A stretch of DNA of 23,514 bases from an archaeon (GCA_041677685.1 JBAYPN010000012.1:1-23514), one strand, 5' to 3'; shown: positions 7,268 to 15,872, counted from the first letter of the stretch. Notes: a model not told the origin generated them from the sequence alone. Translations and numbers: made by a program.

Positions 7268-10111
7268 TTAGAAAGAAAAAGAAACTTCTCTTTCAATTAA
7301 TTTAAATTTATTTTCTGGGTCTAGTTTATCTAAGATCCTCATATTTGAACTTGTTGCAGTTTCTATTTTTTCTTTATTATCTTTTAAGAAAGACAAATCA
7401 TCAGAGGATATCTTTAGATCAATTACGTCATTTGGATTTAGATTACTTTTCTTTCTTTTATCTTGTATCAATCTTGTAAGTTCACTTACTTCCCAAATTT
7501 CTTTGTAGTCCTTTGAGATGTCTTTGTCTAGATGAACTGTTATCTCTTTTGAAATCTCCTTTGATAAGAAATTACCACTTGGCTTTTCTTTTGAAATTGT
7601 AACTTGTGAGATGTTTGTCATGTCAGAGATTATTGATCTAAAATCTTTTAGCTTCTCAGGAGATTCTGTTTGAACAACTAGATGAGGAAGTAACCATCTT
7701 AATCTTTTTTTATCCTCTTCTCTTAAAGATAAAACAGATGTTACAATTTCTTGAGAAACATTGAAGTTTGTCTCTAGATCTTTATCTATCACGTCAGCTT
7801 TTACTTCTGGAAGTAAACATAGATGAATTGATTCTTTAGTTGTTTTAAACTTTCTAAACATATACTCTGTAAAATGTGGAATTACTGGAGAAAGTAATAA
7901 CAGAGTTGAGGAAAGAACATAATTTAAAATTAAATTTTTGTCTTTTCTTTTTCTTAAAAGCTTAACATACACTCTACTTAAGTCCTCTAAAATGAACTTT
8001 TCAACATCTTGAATTACCTTTGAGAAATTGGCAGTTGTGTAGTTGTTGTAACTTTCTGAAAGTGTAGTTTGAAACTTTGATAATATCCATTTGTCTTCTG
8101 TTGTCAACTCTGTTTGTCCAACATTAAATGTTTCTATAAAATCTATATTGGAATTGTAGATGGTTAAAAAAGAAAAAACATTTTCTAAAAGATTAAAGAT
8201 TCTTTTAACATCCTTAAACTTAGACTCATCCATGACCAGGTCTGTGCCATCATATTCTTTTGCAAAATAATATCTGTAATAGTCAATTGATAATTCCTTA
8301 AATCTTTCTTGTAAAGGTCTATCATTACCTTCTGATTTTGATAGTTTTCTTCTTGCTCCATCTAGAATCATTCCATGTAAGGCAATATGCTTGAACGGAG
8401 CTTTATCAAAGACAATTGCAGAAGTAATAATCTGTGAATTCCACCACCCTCTTATCTGGTCACTTCCTTCAATGTTCATTCCTGGAGGCCAATATTTTTC
8501 GAACCTTTCTTTTTTAAAAGGGTAGTTAAGAGATGCCCAAGATGCAACTCCAGAGTCAAACCAAACATCAAAGACTTCTGGTATTCTTTTTACTTTATTT
8601 CCACAATCACAAGTTATCTCTACGTCATCAATATATGGTTTATGGATGTCCATGTTTAGATCTACATTTGGGTTTTTTTCTTTTAGTTCCTGCAGAGAGC
8701 CAAACACATGTAACTTGTTACATTTTTCACACTTCCAAATTGGAATTGGTATACCCCAATATCTTGCTCTTGAGATTGGCCAATCAGAAAGGGTCTTTAA
8801 CCAATCATTAAATCTGTCTTTTCCCCAAGTTGGAAACCAGGTTACTTCCTTTTCATTTAGTTCTTGTAATCTTGGTTTTAGGTCTTCAACTTTTAAAAAC
8901 CATTGAGGTAAAGCTACTTGCAATAGTGGAGAGTGACATCTCCAACAGGTAGGGTAACTATGCTTTATTTTCTTTTTAGAAAGTAAAGATCCCTTTTCTT
9001 GTAAATATTCAATAATGAATGGGTCTAGTTCTTTTACTTTTTTTCCTGAATGCTTGGAGATTGTTTCATCATAAACACCTGTCATTGTTACTGGGGAGTA
9101 GAAAGGTAAATTGTTTTCAAAACCAACTTGATAGTCTTCCTTTCCGTGTCCTGGGGCACAATGCACAAGTCCTGAACCATCCTCTAGGTTTACATATCTT
9201 GCTGATGGTATTATTCTGTAGGCTCTGTTTTCATCATCTTTTGAAAGATTAACCCACTCCCCTAAGATTGGTTTATACTTTTTTCCAACAAGGTCTTGTC
9301 CTGTGTATGTTTTTCCTAAGGAATAGTTTTCTTTTAGATCAAATTCAATTATTAGTTTTTCAACAAGGTCTTTTGCAATTATATATTTTTTATTATTAGA
9401 AATTAGTTCTACATATTCGTATTTTGGGTGGACCATAATTCCCATGTTTGCTGGAAGAGTCCAAGGGGTTGTTGTCCAAATTACAAAGTATAGGTTTTCA
9501 TCATCAACTGCTTGCATGGTAACATAGATTGAGGTGTCAGTTAGGTCTTTATGTTCAATTTCATTAAAAGATACTGAGGTTTCACAGCTAGGGCAGATGT
9601 GGACTGGATATTTTCCATGGTAAAGTAAGTTTTTTTCATATGCTTTTTTAAAGGTCCACCAGGCAGATTGCATATATTTTTGGTCTAAGGTTCTGTATGG
9701 ATTTTCCCAATCAAGCCATTGTCCAAGATTATAGATCTCTTTAGACATATCTTCAATATGTTCTGTTGCAAACTTATAGCATTCTTTTATAAAATTTTCA
9801 ATTCCAAATTTTTCAATATCTTCTTTTGATTTTAGATCATGTTTCTTTTGAACTTTCATTTCAATTGGAACACCATGACAATCAAAGCCAGGGATGTCTA
9901 AGACCTTATAGCCTTTCTGTCTTTTAAATCTAAAAACTATATCTTTTAGGATTCTGTTCATTGCTGTTCCTAAATGTAGCTTTCCAGAAGCATAGGGTGG
10001 ACCATCAATAAAGTAATCTAATTTTTCAGATTCTTTTTCTCTAACTTTTTTAGGGATTTGTTTTTCTTCCCAAAATTTCTTAATTTCATTTTCTGTTTCG
10101 TTTGAAAACAT
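7268..10111 (-). CDS. ileS: Isoleucyl-tRNA synthetase (class I, with CP1 editing domain)
   Basis: DGPPYASGKLHLGTAMNRILKDI (HIGH region), PGFDCHGVPIEMKV, editing-domain signature WTTTPWTLPAN, DWPISRARYWGIPIPIW, KMSKS as KLSKSEGN, and CxxC zinc knuckles. An AGGTG SD-like element lies 6-10 nt upstream of the ATG. Confidence 0.9.
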   Translation of the reverse strand: MFSNETENEIKKFWEEKQIPKKVREKESEKLDYFIDGPPYASGKLHLGTAMNRILKDIVFRFKRQKGYKVLDIPGFDCHGVPIEMKVQKKHDLKSKEDIEKFGIENFIKECYKFATEHIEDMSKEIYNLGQWLDWENPYRTLDQKYMQSAWWTFKKAYEKNLLYHGKYPVHICPSCETSVSFNEIEHKDLTDTSIYVTMQAVDDENLYFVIWTTTPWTLPANMGIMVHPKYEYVELISNNKKYIIAKDLVEKLIIEFDLKENYSLGKTYTGQDLVGKKYKPILGEWVNLSKDDENRAYRIIPSARYVNLEDGSGLVHCAPGHGKEDYQVGFENNLPFYSPVTMTGVYDETISKHSGKKVKELDPFIIEYLQEKGSLLSKKKIKHSYPTCWRCHSPLLQVALPQWFLKVEDLKPRLQELNEKEVTWFPTWGKDRFNDWLKTLSDWPISRARYWGIPIPIWKCEKCNKLHVFGSLQELKEKNPNVDLNMDIHKPYIDDVEITCDCGNKVKRIPEVFDVWFDSGVASWASLNYPFKKERFEKYWPPGMNIEGSDQIRGWWNSQIITSAIVFDKAPFKHIALHGMILDGARRKLSKSEGNDRPLQERFKELSIDYYRYYFAKEYDGTDLVMDESKFKDVKRIFNLLENVFSFLTIYNSNIDFIETFNVGQTELTTEDKWILSKFQTTLSESYNNYTTANFSKVIQDVEKFILEDLSRVYVKLLRKRKDKNLILNYVLSSTLLLLSPVIPHFTEYMFRKFKTTKESIHLCLLPEVKADVIDKDLETNFNVSQEIVTSVLSLREEDKKRLRWLLPHLVVQTESPEKLKDFRSIISDMTNISQVTISKEKPSGNFLSKEISKEITVHLDKDISKDYKEIWEVSELTRLIQDKRKKSNLNPNDVIDLKISSDDLSFLKDNKEKIETATSSNMRILDKLDPENKFKLIEREVSFSF

Positions 10112-10129
10112 TTTTCTACACCTATCTTT

Positions 10130-10173
10130 ATCTCTTTTTATTTTGGTAAGATTTAAAAGAGATTAATCTTACC
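10130..10173 (-). promoter_or_regulatory. Two interleaved perfect 9-bp inverted repeats in the ileS 5' region, between the TATA-like box (~10176-10190) and the start codon
   Basis: atctctttt (10130-10138) is the reverse complement of aaaagagat (10155-10163). ggtaagatt (10145-10153) is the reverse complement of aatcttacc (10165-10173). The arms lie in the order a-b-a'-b'. Confidence 0.5.
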
Positions 10174-10333
10174 CTTTATTATATAATAATTATATTTATG
10201 TTTAAAAAAATTAGATAATTGAAATTGGAAACATAAACTTTAAAAAAATTAAAATATTTATTCATACTAATTAAATTAAAAAGCAAATTGTTTTTAAAAG
10301 GTTAGGGTTGGTTTATAATTTTGAAAAGAGCAT

Positions 10334-11734
10334 TCAATCACTATACTTCTTTTTCAATTGACTAAAAATATCTTCTTTTGAGGAACCTGAAGTAGAGGAA
10401 TTGCTATTTCTATTTCCAGAATTTTCATTTCCTGAATCTGAATCTGAATTGTTATCATTTTCACCCTCACTTTCAGAATCACCATCTCTGCCCTCAAAAG
10501 AGTCTTCGGGAGACTTAAGTTCACAAGCAACTTTCTCTGCTTTAAAGAACAGTATGGTTGTTGAGATGTTACTTATGATTATTACCAAAAAAGCAATTGG
10601 TAAAATTAATAATGTATACTCGTCTACAAGCCCCATAGTTAAAGGATAAGTTGCAAGAACAGCAGCAGCTAAACCCCTAGCATGCAAAGACATCACAAAC
10701 TTAGATTGGATTGGGTCTTTGCTTTTCCTAAACAATAACTTTGTAACTAAAAATCTAGACAGTAAAGCAAAGGCAATTAGAACAAGTGCAATTATAACAA
10801 TCTTAAAAGTAACATCTGAAATCTCAATTAATATTCCAAGATATATAAAGAAAAAAGCTTTTATAAATAAAGAGATCTCTGCTTGAAACTGAGTAAGGGT
10901 ATTACTTATTGAGAAAGTCTTCATCCTAAACATACTTAAAATATGAGAACCATTACCAAGAACAATTCCAAAAATTAAAACTCCAAAGGCTCCATTTCCT
11001 TTTGCAAACTCAATTAAGATATATACTAAAAATAAAAAAGATAAAGTTAAAAGATAACCAAACTCTCTTGCAAGTTCAAAGTCTCTAAGAATCCTTAACC
11101 AAAAGATTCCACCTGCAGCACCAATCACAGCAGCAATTGCAAAAGCACTAAATATATTTTGAGTAATTAATTGAACACTTGCTGTCTTAGAAATAATAAT
11201 GTCAACAACAGCAATAACAGTAATAACACATAAAACATCAGTGATTGCAGACTCTAAAGTAAGTAACACTTTTGTGTCTTCTTTAGCACTTGATCTTGAA
11301 ATTAATGGAATGACTACTGCTGAAGAAGTTCCACCAACAACAGCTCCTACCAGGATACCATAAATAAATGGAATTGAAAAAGCATAATATAAGATAACAG
11401 AAGACAAACCAACAGTTAAAATAAAACCTAAGACTGTAAAAAGTCCAGCCTTTCCAATCTCTGAGAGAACTTTGAAAAACTTTAGATGAAGTCCACCTTC
11501 AAACATTAAAATAATTAAAGCTAAGGCACCAAAAAATGAGGAAAAACTTTTTAGAAGATTAAGTTCTCCAACTGGTATGATGTTTAGTCCTGACCCTAAC
11601 AAGAAACCAATAAGTATTAAGAAAATAATGTCTGAGATTTTTGTTTTTCTAAAAATTAGGTTTCCAAAAAAACCTAGAAGAAAGACTCCTGAAATAAATA
11701 AAAATATTAGGTTTGTTTGAATCACATTTATCAC
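10334..11734 (-). CDS. Cation:proton antiporter (Na+/H+ exchanger family, NhaP/CPA1-like) with a low-complexity acidic/Ser-Asn-rich C-terminal tail
   Basis: About 11-12 TM segments. GGTSSAVVIPLISR and LTLESAITDVLCVI resemble the CPA ion-binding motifs. The tail reads EGRDGDSESEGENDNNSDSDSGNENSGNRNSNSSTSGSS. Confidence 0.7.
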   Translation of the reverse strand: MINVIQTNLIFLFISGVFLLGFFGNLIFRKTKISDIIFLILIGFLLGSGLNIIPVGELNLLKSFSSFFGALALIILMFEGGLHLKFFKVLSEIGKAGLFTVLGFILTVGLSSVILYYAFSIPFIYGILVGAVVGGTSSAVVIPLISRSSAKEDTKVLLTLESAITDVLCVITVIAVVDIIISKTASVQLITQNIFSAFAIAAVIGAAGGIFWLRILRDFELAREFGYLLTLSFLFLVYILIEFAKGNGAFGVLIFGIVLGNGSHILSMFRMKTFSISNTLTQFQAEISLFIKAFFFIYLGILIEISDVTFKIVIIALVLIAFALLSRFLVTKLLFRKSKDPIQSKFVMSLHARGLAAAVLATYPLTMGLVDEYTLLILPIAFLVIIISNISTTILFFKAEKVACELKSPEDSFEGRDGDSESEGENDNNSDSDSGNENSGNRNSNSSTSGSSKEDIFSQLKKKYSD

Positions 11735-11778
11735 GCTTAAATTAAATTAAAATAATTGTTTATTTTGTTACTGTTTTT

Positions 11779-11822
11779 AAATTTCTTATAATCTCTTTTT
11801 AAATTTCTTATAATCTCTTTTT
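11779..11822. repeat. Perfect tandem duplication (2 x 22 bp) of aaatttcttataatctcttttt in the antiporter promoter region
   Basis: 11779-11800 and 11801-11822 are identical. Each copy carries TTATAA (minus-sense gATTATAAGaaa), which is the same core as the TATA box upstream of tRNA-Ile(UAU). Confidence 0.85.
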
Positions 11823-11875
11823 AATTAAAATATTATATATACTATCTATAAATATATATAAATAGATATTATTAG

Positions 11876-13306
11876 TCAATCTTTTTCTTTTTTAGAAAAC
11901 AAGTTATAAAGTAGGTTAATCTTACTAATAATTTTTTCTTGAGCACTCTTTTCAATTTTTCCAAATTTCTTTTTATTATTTTTAATTTTTAAGATCAAAT
12001 CTTCAACCAACTCATAAGAATAACCTTTATATAAAAGTAAAGACACTAACTCTTTTTCTGAATAGTTTTTGATATGTGGTAAAACTAAATTATATAGAAA
12101 ATTAACAATTTCATTTCTTTCTGGATCCTCTCCTAACTTCTTTAACTTCTCTAGATCAATTGAGATTATTGGTTTTTCTAGAGTCTCTGAGAGTTGTTTG
12201 TTTAGTTGTGAATTCTTTCCAGACAAAGATTTTAATTGCTTTTTAATTGCAATTTCTGAAAGAGTTTCTAATTCTTTTTGTCTTTTTGAAAGATTATCAA
12301 CAACTGATTGAAGCTCAGATAATTTAGAATAGATCTTTTTAAGATCAGAAAAGGATTCTTCTATTTTTGCAAGAGACAACTTTAAGGCAGCATTTCCTAA
12401 CTTTATTTCTTTGAGATCCTTTGGTAGTTCTTTTAGTTCCTTAATTGCTTCATCTACAAATTCTGAAGAGACATCTGAACTAAAACCATAATTTTTAATA
12501 ATTTGTTCAATCCATTCTTTTTTTAGTCCTTCCTTTAAAAGATATTTGATTGTTTGTTTGATGCTTGCAATATCCTTTTTTTCAACATCTTTAATTTTTT
12601 TTATGTTTGTGTATTTTTCTAAAATTAATTTTTTATTATTAAGAATTGTTTCTTTATTTAGATCTATTAACTTTAAGTAGAAAGATTGAGGCATTCTTGT
12701 TACTAAAAAACCCTCTAAAAAGAACAAAAATAAAATAACAAAAGGAATTGCAAATCTTAAAATTGTAACTTCTTTTATAAACTCAAAGATAGGTAGATAA
12801 CTAATTAAAATAAAAACAGAAATTGAAATAAATAAACCTAAAAAAATACAAGTTCTTTTTATGTTTCTAAGTCTTTTTAACTCGTGGATTATTTTTTCAG
12901 CTAAAGCTTTTGAAATTCCAATTGAATTGATTAGAAATAAAGAGGATTCTTTTGAATAGCCATAAGCACTTATAATTTTTAAGATATTTTTTAATTTTGA
13001 AACTAAGTTTTGAATATCACTTTCAGTTTCTTTTTCTTCTATCTTTAGAGAAAGATCTTTTAGATTTTTTTTATTCTTATTAAAAATTAGACTAATATAA
13101 TAGAAGGGGACTTTTTTTGAAAAATTTCCAATTATGAAAAATAAGATAATAATTATTAAAGAAATAAATAGGGGCAACCACATGATCTGATTTAGGTAAC
13201 TAAAGAAAGGTATGGTCTTAATAGATATATAAATAACTATTGCAAAAATGATTCCAAAGATCCAAAAAAAAATCTTACTATTTCCTTTCTTATTGCCTTC
13301 TAACAT
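11876..13306 (-). CDS. Hypothetical membrane protein: 4 predicted TM segments plus a long C-terminal coiled-coil-like K/E/L-rich region
   Basis: Long ORF with coherent composition. TM segments include IFFWIFGIIFAIVIYISI, WLPLFISLIIIILFFIIG, CIFLGLFISISVFILISYL and FAIPFVILFLFFLEGFLV. There are three loosely similar G-Y/F-S helical motifs (ISAYGYSKES..., IKNYGFSSDV..., LLYKGYSYEL...). I recognise no family. Confidence 0.6.
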   Translation of the reverse strand: MLEGNKKGNSKIFFWIFGIIFAIVIYISIKTIPFFSYLNQIMWLPLFISLIIIILFFIIGNFSKKVPFYYISLIFNKNKKNLKDLSLKIEEKETESDIQNLVSKLKNILKIISAYGYSKESSLFLINSIGISKALAEKIIHELKRLRNIKRTCIFLGLFISISVFILISYLPIFEFIKEVTILRFAIPFVILFLFFLEGFLVTRMPQSFYLKLIDLNKETILNNKKLILEKYTNIKKIKDVEKKDIASIKQTIKYLLKEGLKKEWIEQIIKNYGFSSDVSSEFVDEAIKELKELPKDLKEIKLGNAALKLSLAKIEESFSDLKKIYSKLSELQSVVDNLSKRQKELETLSEIAIKKQLKSLSGKNSQLNKQLSETLEKPIISIDLEKLKKLGEDPERNEIVNFLYNLVLPHIKNYSEKELVSLLLYKGYSYELVEDLILKIKNNKKKFGKIEKSAQEKIISKINLLYNLFSKKEKD

Positions 13307-13501
13307 AATGATTTACTTTCCTTAATAAAATATATATAGTTATATATAATAAAAGAATAAAATTTAAAAAGAGTACTGATTTTAGAAAAGTAAAAATTAA
13401 ATTTAAAAGTGAAATTTAAAAAACTAAAACTTAGAAATTAGAAATTTAAAAATAAATAAAAAGATAACTTAAAGCTAAAAATATACTTTATATTAAAAAA
13501 A

Positions 13502-13577
13502 TGGGAGTAGCAGGATTTGAACCTGCGACCTTTGGTGTATAAGACCAATGCTCTAAACCAGACTAAGCTACACTCCC
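13502..13577 (-). tRNA. tRNA-Ile (anticodon UAU), 76 nt, no encoded CCA
   Basis: Minus-strand read: GGGAGTG TA GCTT AGTCTGGTTTA GAGC A TTGGT CTTATAC ACCAA AGGTC GCAGG TTCAAAT CCTGC TACTCCC A. All four stems pair, with U33 and A37 flanking TAT. Confidence 0.85.
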
Positions 13578-13598
13578 ATTTTTAGCTAAAAACTTAGT

Positions 13599-13606
13599 CT
13601 TATAAG
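13599..13606 (-). promoter_or_regulatory. TATA box (cTTATAAg) for tRNA-Ile(UAU)
   Basis: TTATAA spans -23 to -28 relative to the first tRNA nucleotide at 13577. That is the canonical archaeal spacing. Confidence 0.5.
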
Positions 13607-13619
13607 GCATTGAGTATAA

Positions 13620-13655
13620 ATCTCTTAGATTACTTTTATTTAATCTTAAAGAGAT
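13620..13655. promoter_or_regulatory. Imperfect inverted repeat/hairpin between the ssb stop and the tRNA-Ile(UAU) promoter
   Basis: atctcttagatta (13620-13632) faces taatcttaaagagat (13641-13655). This gives 7 + 5 bp of pairing with a small bulge and a loop of about 8 nt. Confidence 0.4.
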
Positions 13656-13708
13656 AAATGTAAAGTATTAATAATACAAAATATTTAAAAACCAAAAGGT
13701 TTGAAGAA

Positions 13709-14050
13709 CTAATTTGAATCCTTTGAAATTTTGTTTTCTTTGTTAACATCTATCTTCTTATCAACCAATTTAAATTCTCCAAATCTTCCTAAATTTAGTC
13801 TTGTGGACTTCTTAAATTCAGAGGAATATAAATTTTTAAAAGAATAGACTTTTCCAACCTCTAAAAGATCAATTGCTTGGTCCCATAGGGTTAAAAGAAC
13901 AGTTCCTGTCTCATCACCAACTAATGCCTCACAAACTTTGTGCTCAACATCATCAAGTTTAGAAACAACTTTTCTAAGTTCTGTTTTTTCAAGAACTAAT
14001 GCTGTAAAGTCTATCTTTTTTTGATAAGCTTTTATTTCATTTATTTTCAT
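13709..14050 (-). CDS. ssb: Single-OB-fold ssDNA-binding protein (crenarchaeal SSB / RPA-like)
   Basis: VCEALVGDETGTVLLTLWDQAIDLLEVGKVYSFKNLYSSEFKKSTRLNLG closely parallels the Sulfolobus SSB core (ISEAIVGDETGRVKLTLWGK...EGQVV.I.NA...FKG...LN.G). It has no long acidic/RGG tail. Confidence 0.7.
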   Translation of the reverse strand: MKINEIKAYQKKIDFTALVLEKTELRKVVSKLDDVEHKVCEALVGDETGTVLLTLWDQAIDLLEVGKVYSFKNLYSSEFKKSTRLNLGRFGEFKLVDKKIDVNKENKISKDSN

Positions 14051-14140
14051 AACATCTCACATTTTAACTTATTGTAATTTATAAGTTACTATGATATTAA
14101 TTAATTATAAAAAAGTATATATATCTTTGCAATTTTGTAA

Positions 14141-14180
14141 AAGGAAGAAAAAGAAGAAAAAAGAAGTTGGAAAAAAAGAA
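14141..14180 (-). terminator. Oligo-T terminator candidate after the thermosome gene
   Basis: The minus-sense sequence directly after the stop reads ttctttttttccaacttcttttttcttctttttcttcct, with T7, T6 and T5 runs. Confidence 0.45.
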
Positions 14181-15812
14181 TTATATTCCAGGCATTTGAG
14201 GCATGCCACCTGGAGGCATCATCGGTCCTTTATTTTTTGCAAAAGCAGCAATAATGTCATCAATTCTTAATATCATCTCAACAACTTCATAAGAAGAGAC
14301 TACAGCTTGTGTTTTTACATTTAAAGGTTCAATTATATTTAATTCTTTCATATCATAAAGCCTTCCACCCAGAACATCAATTCCTACAAATTTGTTATTT
14401 GGATCTTGGTGTTTGCTTCTTAAGTTGACAATGGTGTCAATTGCATCAAGTCCAGCACTCTCAGAAAGCACTTTTGGGATGACTTCTAAAACATCTGCAT
14501 AAGCTTCTATTGCCAATTGCTCTCTACCACCTATGGTTTTTGCATAGTCTCTTAGTTTTAGGGCAACTTCTATTTCTGAAGACCCACCTGCTGCCACATA
14601 CTTTCCAACCTTTAGAGCAGAGATTACTGCACAAATAGCATCATTCAAGGTTCTTTGAGTTTCATCTAGCACTTGTTCTGAACCTGCTCTTAGAAGGATA
14701 GTTATATATTTCTTTAACTTTAGACCTTCAATAAAGATCATGTTATCTCCTGCTATCTTCTTTTCATAAATATGCTCAAGAGTACCTAAATCTTTATCTG
14801 AAAGATCATTAATTCTTGTAACTATTTTTGCACCACTTGCCTTTGCAATTTTTTCAACATCTGTTTGTCTTACTCTTCTAATTGCAACAATTCCTTCCTT
14901 TGCTAGATAATGTTGTGCAAGGTCATCAATTCCTTTTTGACAGAAAACATAATTTGCTCCACTTCTTTTGATGGTGTCAACCATATTTTTTAGACTTTCT
15001 TCTTCTTGGTCAATAAATGATTGAAGTTGGTCAGGAGAAGTAATTTGAATCTTTGCATCTGTTTCAGGTTCTTTAATTTCTAAGGCACTACTAATAATTG
15101 CAATTTTTGCATTAACAACATCCTTTGGCATCTCAGGATGAACAATCTCTTTATCAAGAACAATTCCATCAATCAATTGTGTTTCTGAAAGACTAGAACC
15201 TAACTTTGTTTCTATAATTATTGAGTCTCTATCAAAGTCAAGATTCTCTTTTGTGTTAACCTCAAGAATAGAATCAATAACAATCTTTGATAAAAGAGAA
15301 CTATATTCAAAGGCTTTTCCAGTCATTGAAGTTCTTGCAATATTTAATAGTAATTCTTTATCTTCAAGAACAATTGGTTCTGAAATTGAGTCAAAGATTT
15401 CAACTGCTCTTTCACTTGCCATCTTATATCCTTTAATAATAATTGAAGGATGGATATTTTCATCTAATAAAAATTCAGCTTTAGAGATTAACTCCCCAGC
15501 AATAACAACAGCACTTGTAGTTCCATCTCCAACCTCTGTGTCTTGTGTTTTTGCAAGATTAACAAGCATCTTTCCAATTGGGTGTTCAATTGCCATTTCT
15601 TTTAAAATTGTAGCACCATCATTACTAATTGTTACATTTCCAAACTCATCAACAAGCATCTTGTCCATTCCTCTAGGACCTAATGTTGATTTTATGGAGT
15701 TAGAGATTGCTTTTGCAACTAAAATGTTTATTTTTTGTGCATCTTTTCCTTTATCTCTTCTTGTTCCTTCATTAAAGGCTGCACTATTTTGAGATTGTGA
15801 CTCATTTGCCAT
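14181..15812 (-). CDS. ths: Thermosome subunit (group II chaperonin, Cpn60/TCP-1 family)
   Basis: LGPRGMDKMLV, VGDGTTSAVVIAGEL and a C-terminal GGMPQMPGI tail. The track start (15821) is a GTG that lies inside the SD-like GGTGAT. ATG 15812 (MANESQSQ...) sits 4 nt downstream of that SD. Confidence 0.92.
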   Translation of the reverse strand: MANESQSQNSAAFNEGTRRDKGKDAQKINILVAKAISNSIKSTLGPRGMDKMLVDEFGNVTISNDGATILKEMAIEHPIGKMLVNLAKTQDTEVGDGTTSAVVIAGELISKAEFLLDENIHPSIIIKGYKMASERAVEIFDSISEPIVLEDKELLLNIARTSMTGKAFEYSSLLSKIVIDSILEVNTKENLDFDRDSIIIETKLGSSLSETQLIDGIVLDKEIVHPEMPKDVVNAKIAIISSALEIKEPETDAKIQITSPDQLQSFIDQEEESLKNMVDTIKRSGANYVFCQKGIDDLAQHYLAKEGIVAIRRVRQTDVEKIAKASGAKIVTRINDLSDKDLGTLEHIYEKKIAGDNMIFIEGLKLKKYITILLRAGSEQVLDETQRTLNDAICAVISALKVGKYVAAGGSSEIEVALKLRDYAKTIGGREQLAIEAYADVLEVIPKVLSESAGLDAIDTIVNLRSKHQDPNNKFVGIDVLGGRLYDMKELNIIEPLNVKTQAVVSSYEVVEMILRIDDIIAAFAKNKGPMMPPGGMPQMPGI

Positions 15813-15872
15813 ACATATCACCTGTTTTATATATATTATAATAATTTTTAAAAAAGAAACTTAGAAAGAAAA

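Noticed and set aside
8533-9252. Three plus-strand ORFs (92, 86, 77 aa) antisense to ileS
   Set aside because: They are antisense to a strongly conserved gene. Their products are low-complexity L/F/S-rich strings typical of reverse-frame translation of K/E-rich genes.
10130-10173. H-type RNA pseudoknot formed by the a-b-a'-b' arms upstream of ileS
   Set aside because: The connecting loops would be 1 nt each across 9-bp helices, which is sterically implausible. Mutually exclusive hairpins or DNA operators are more reasonable readings.
10401-10649. 82-aa plus-strand ORF antisense to the antiporter C-terminal tail; also 12069-12311 antisense to the 476-aa ORF
   Set aside because: The S/E/L repeats are the mirror image of the low-complexity sense sequence. 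There are no start context or motifs.
15253-15792. 179-aa ORF antisense to the thermosome gene (and 16123-16383 antisense to the histone-fold gene)
   Set aside because: The thermosome frame is unambiguous. The antisense product is an I/S/L-rich string with no motif. Long antisense ORFs are common opposite GC-poor, stop-poor frames.
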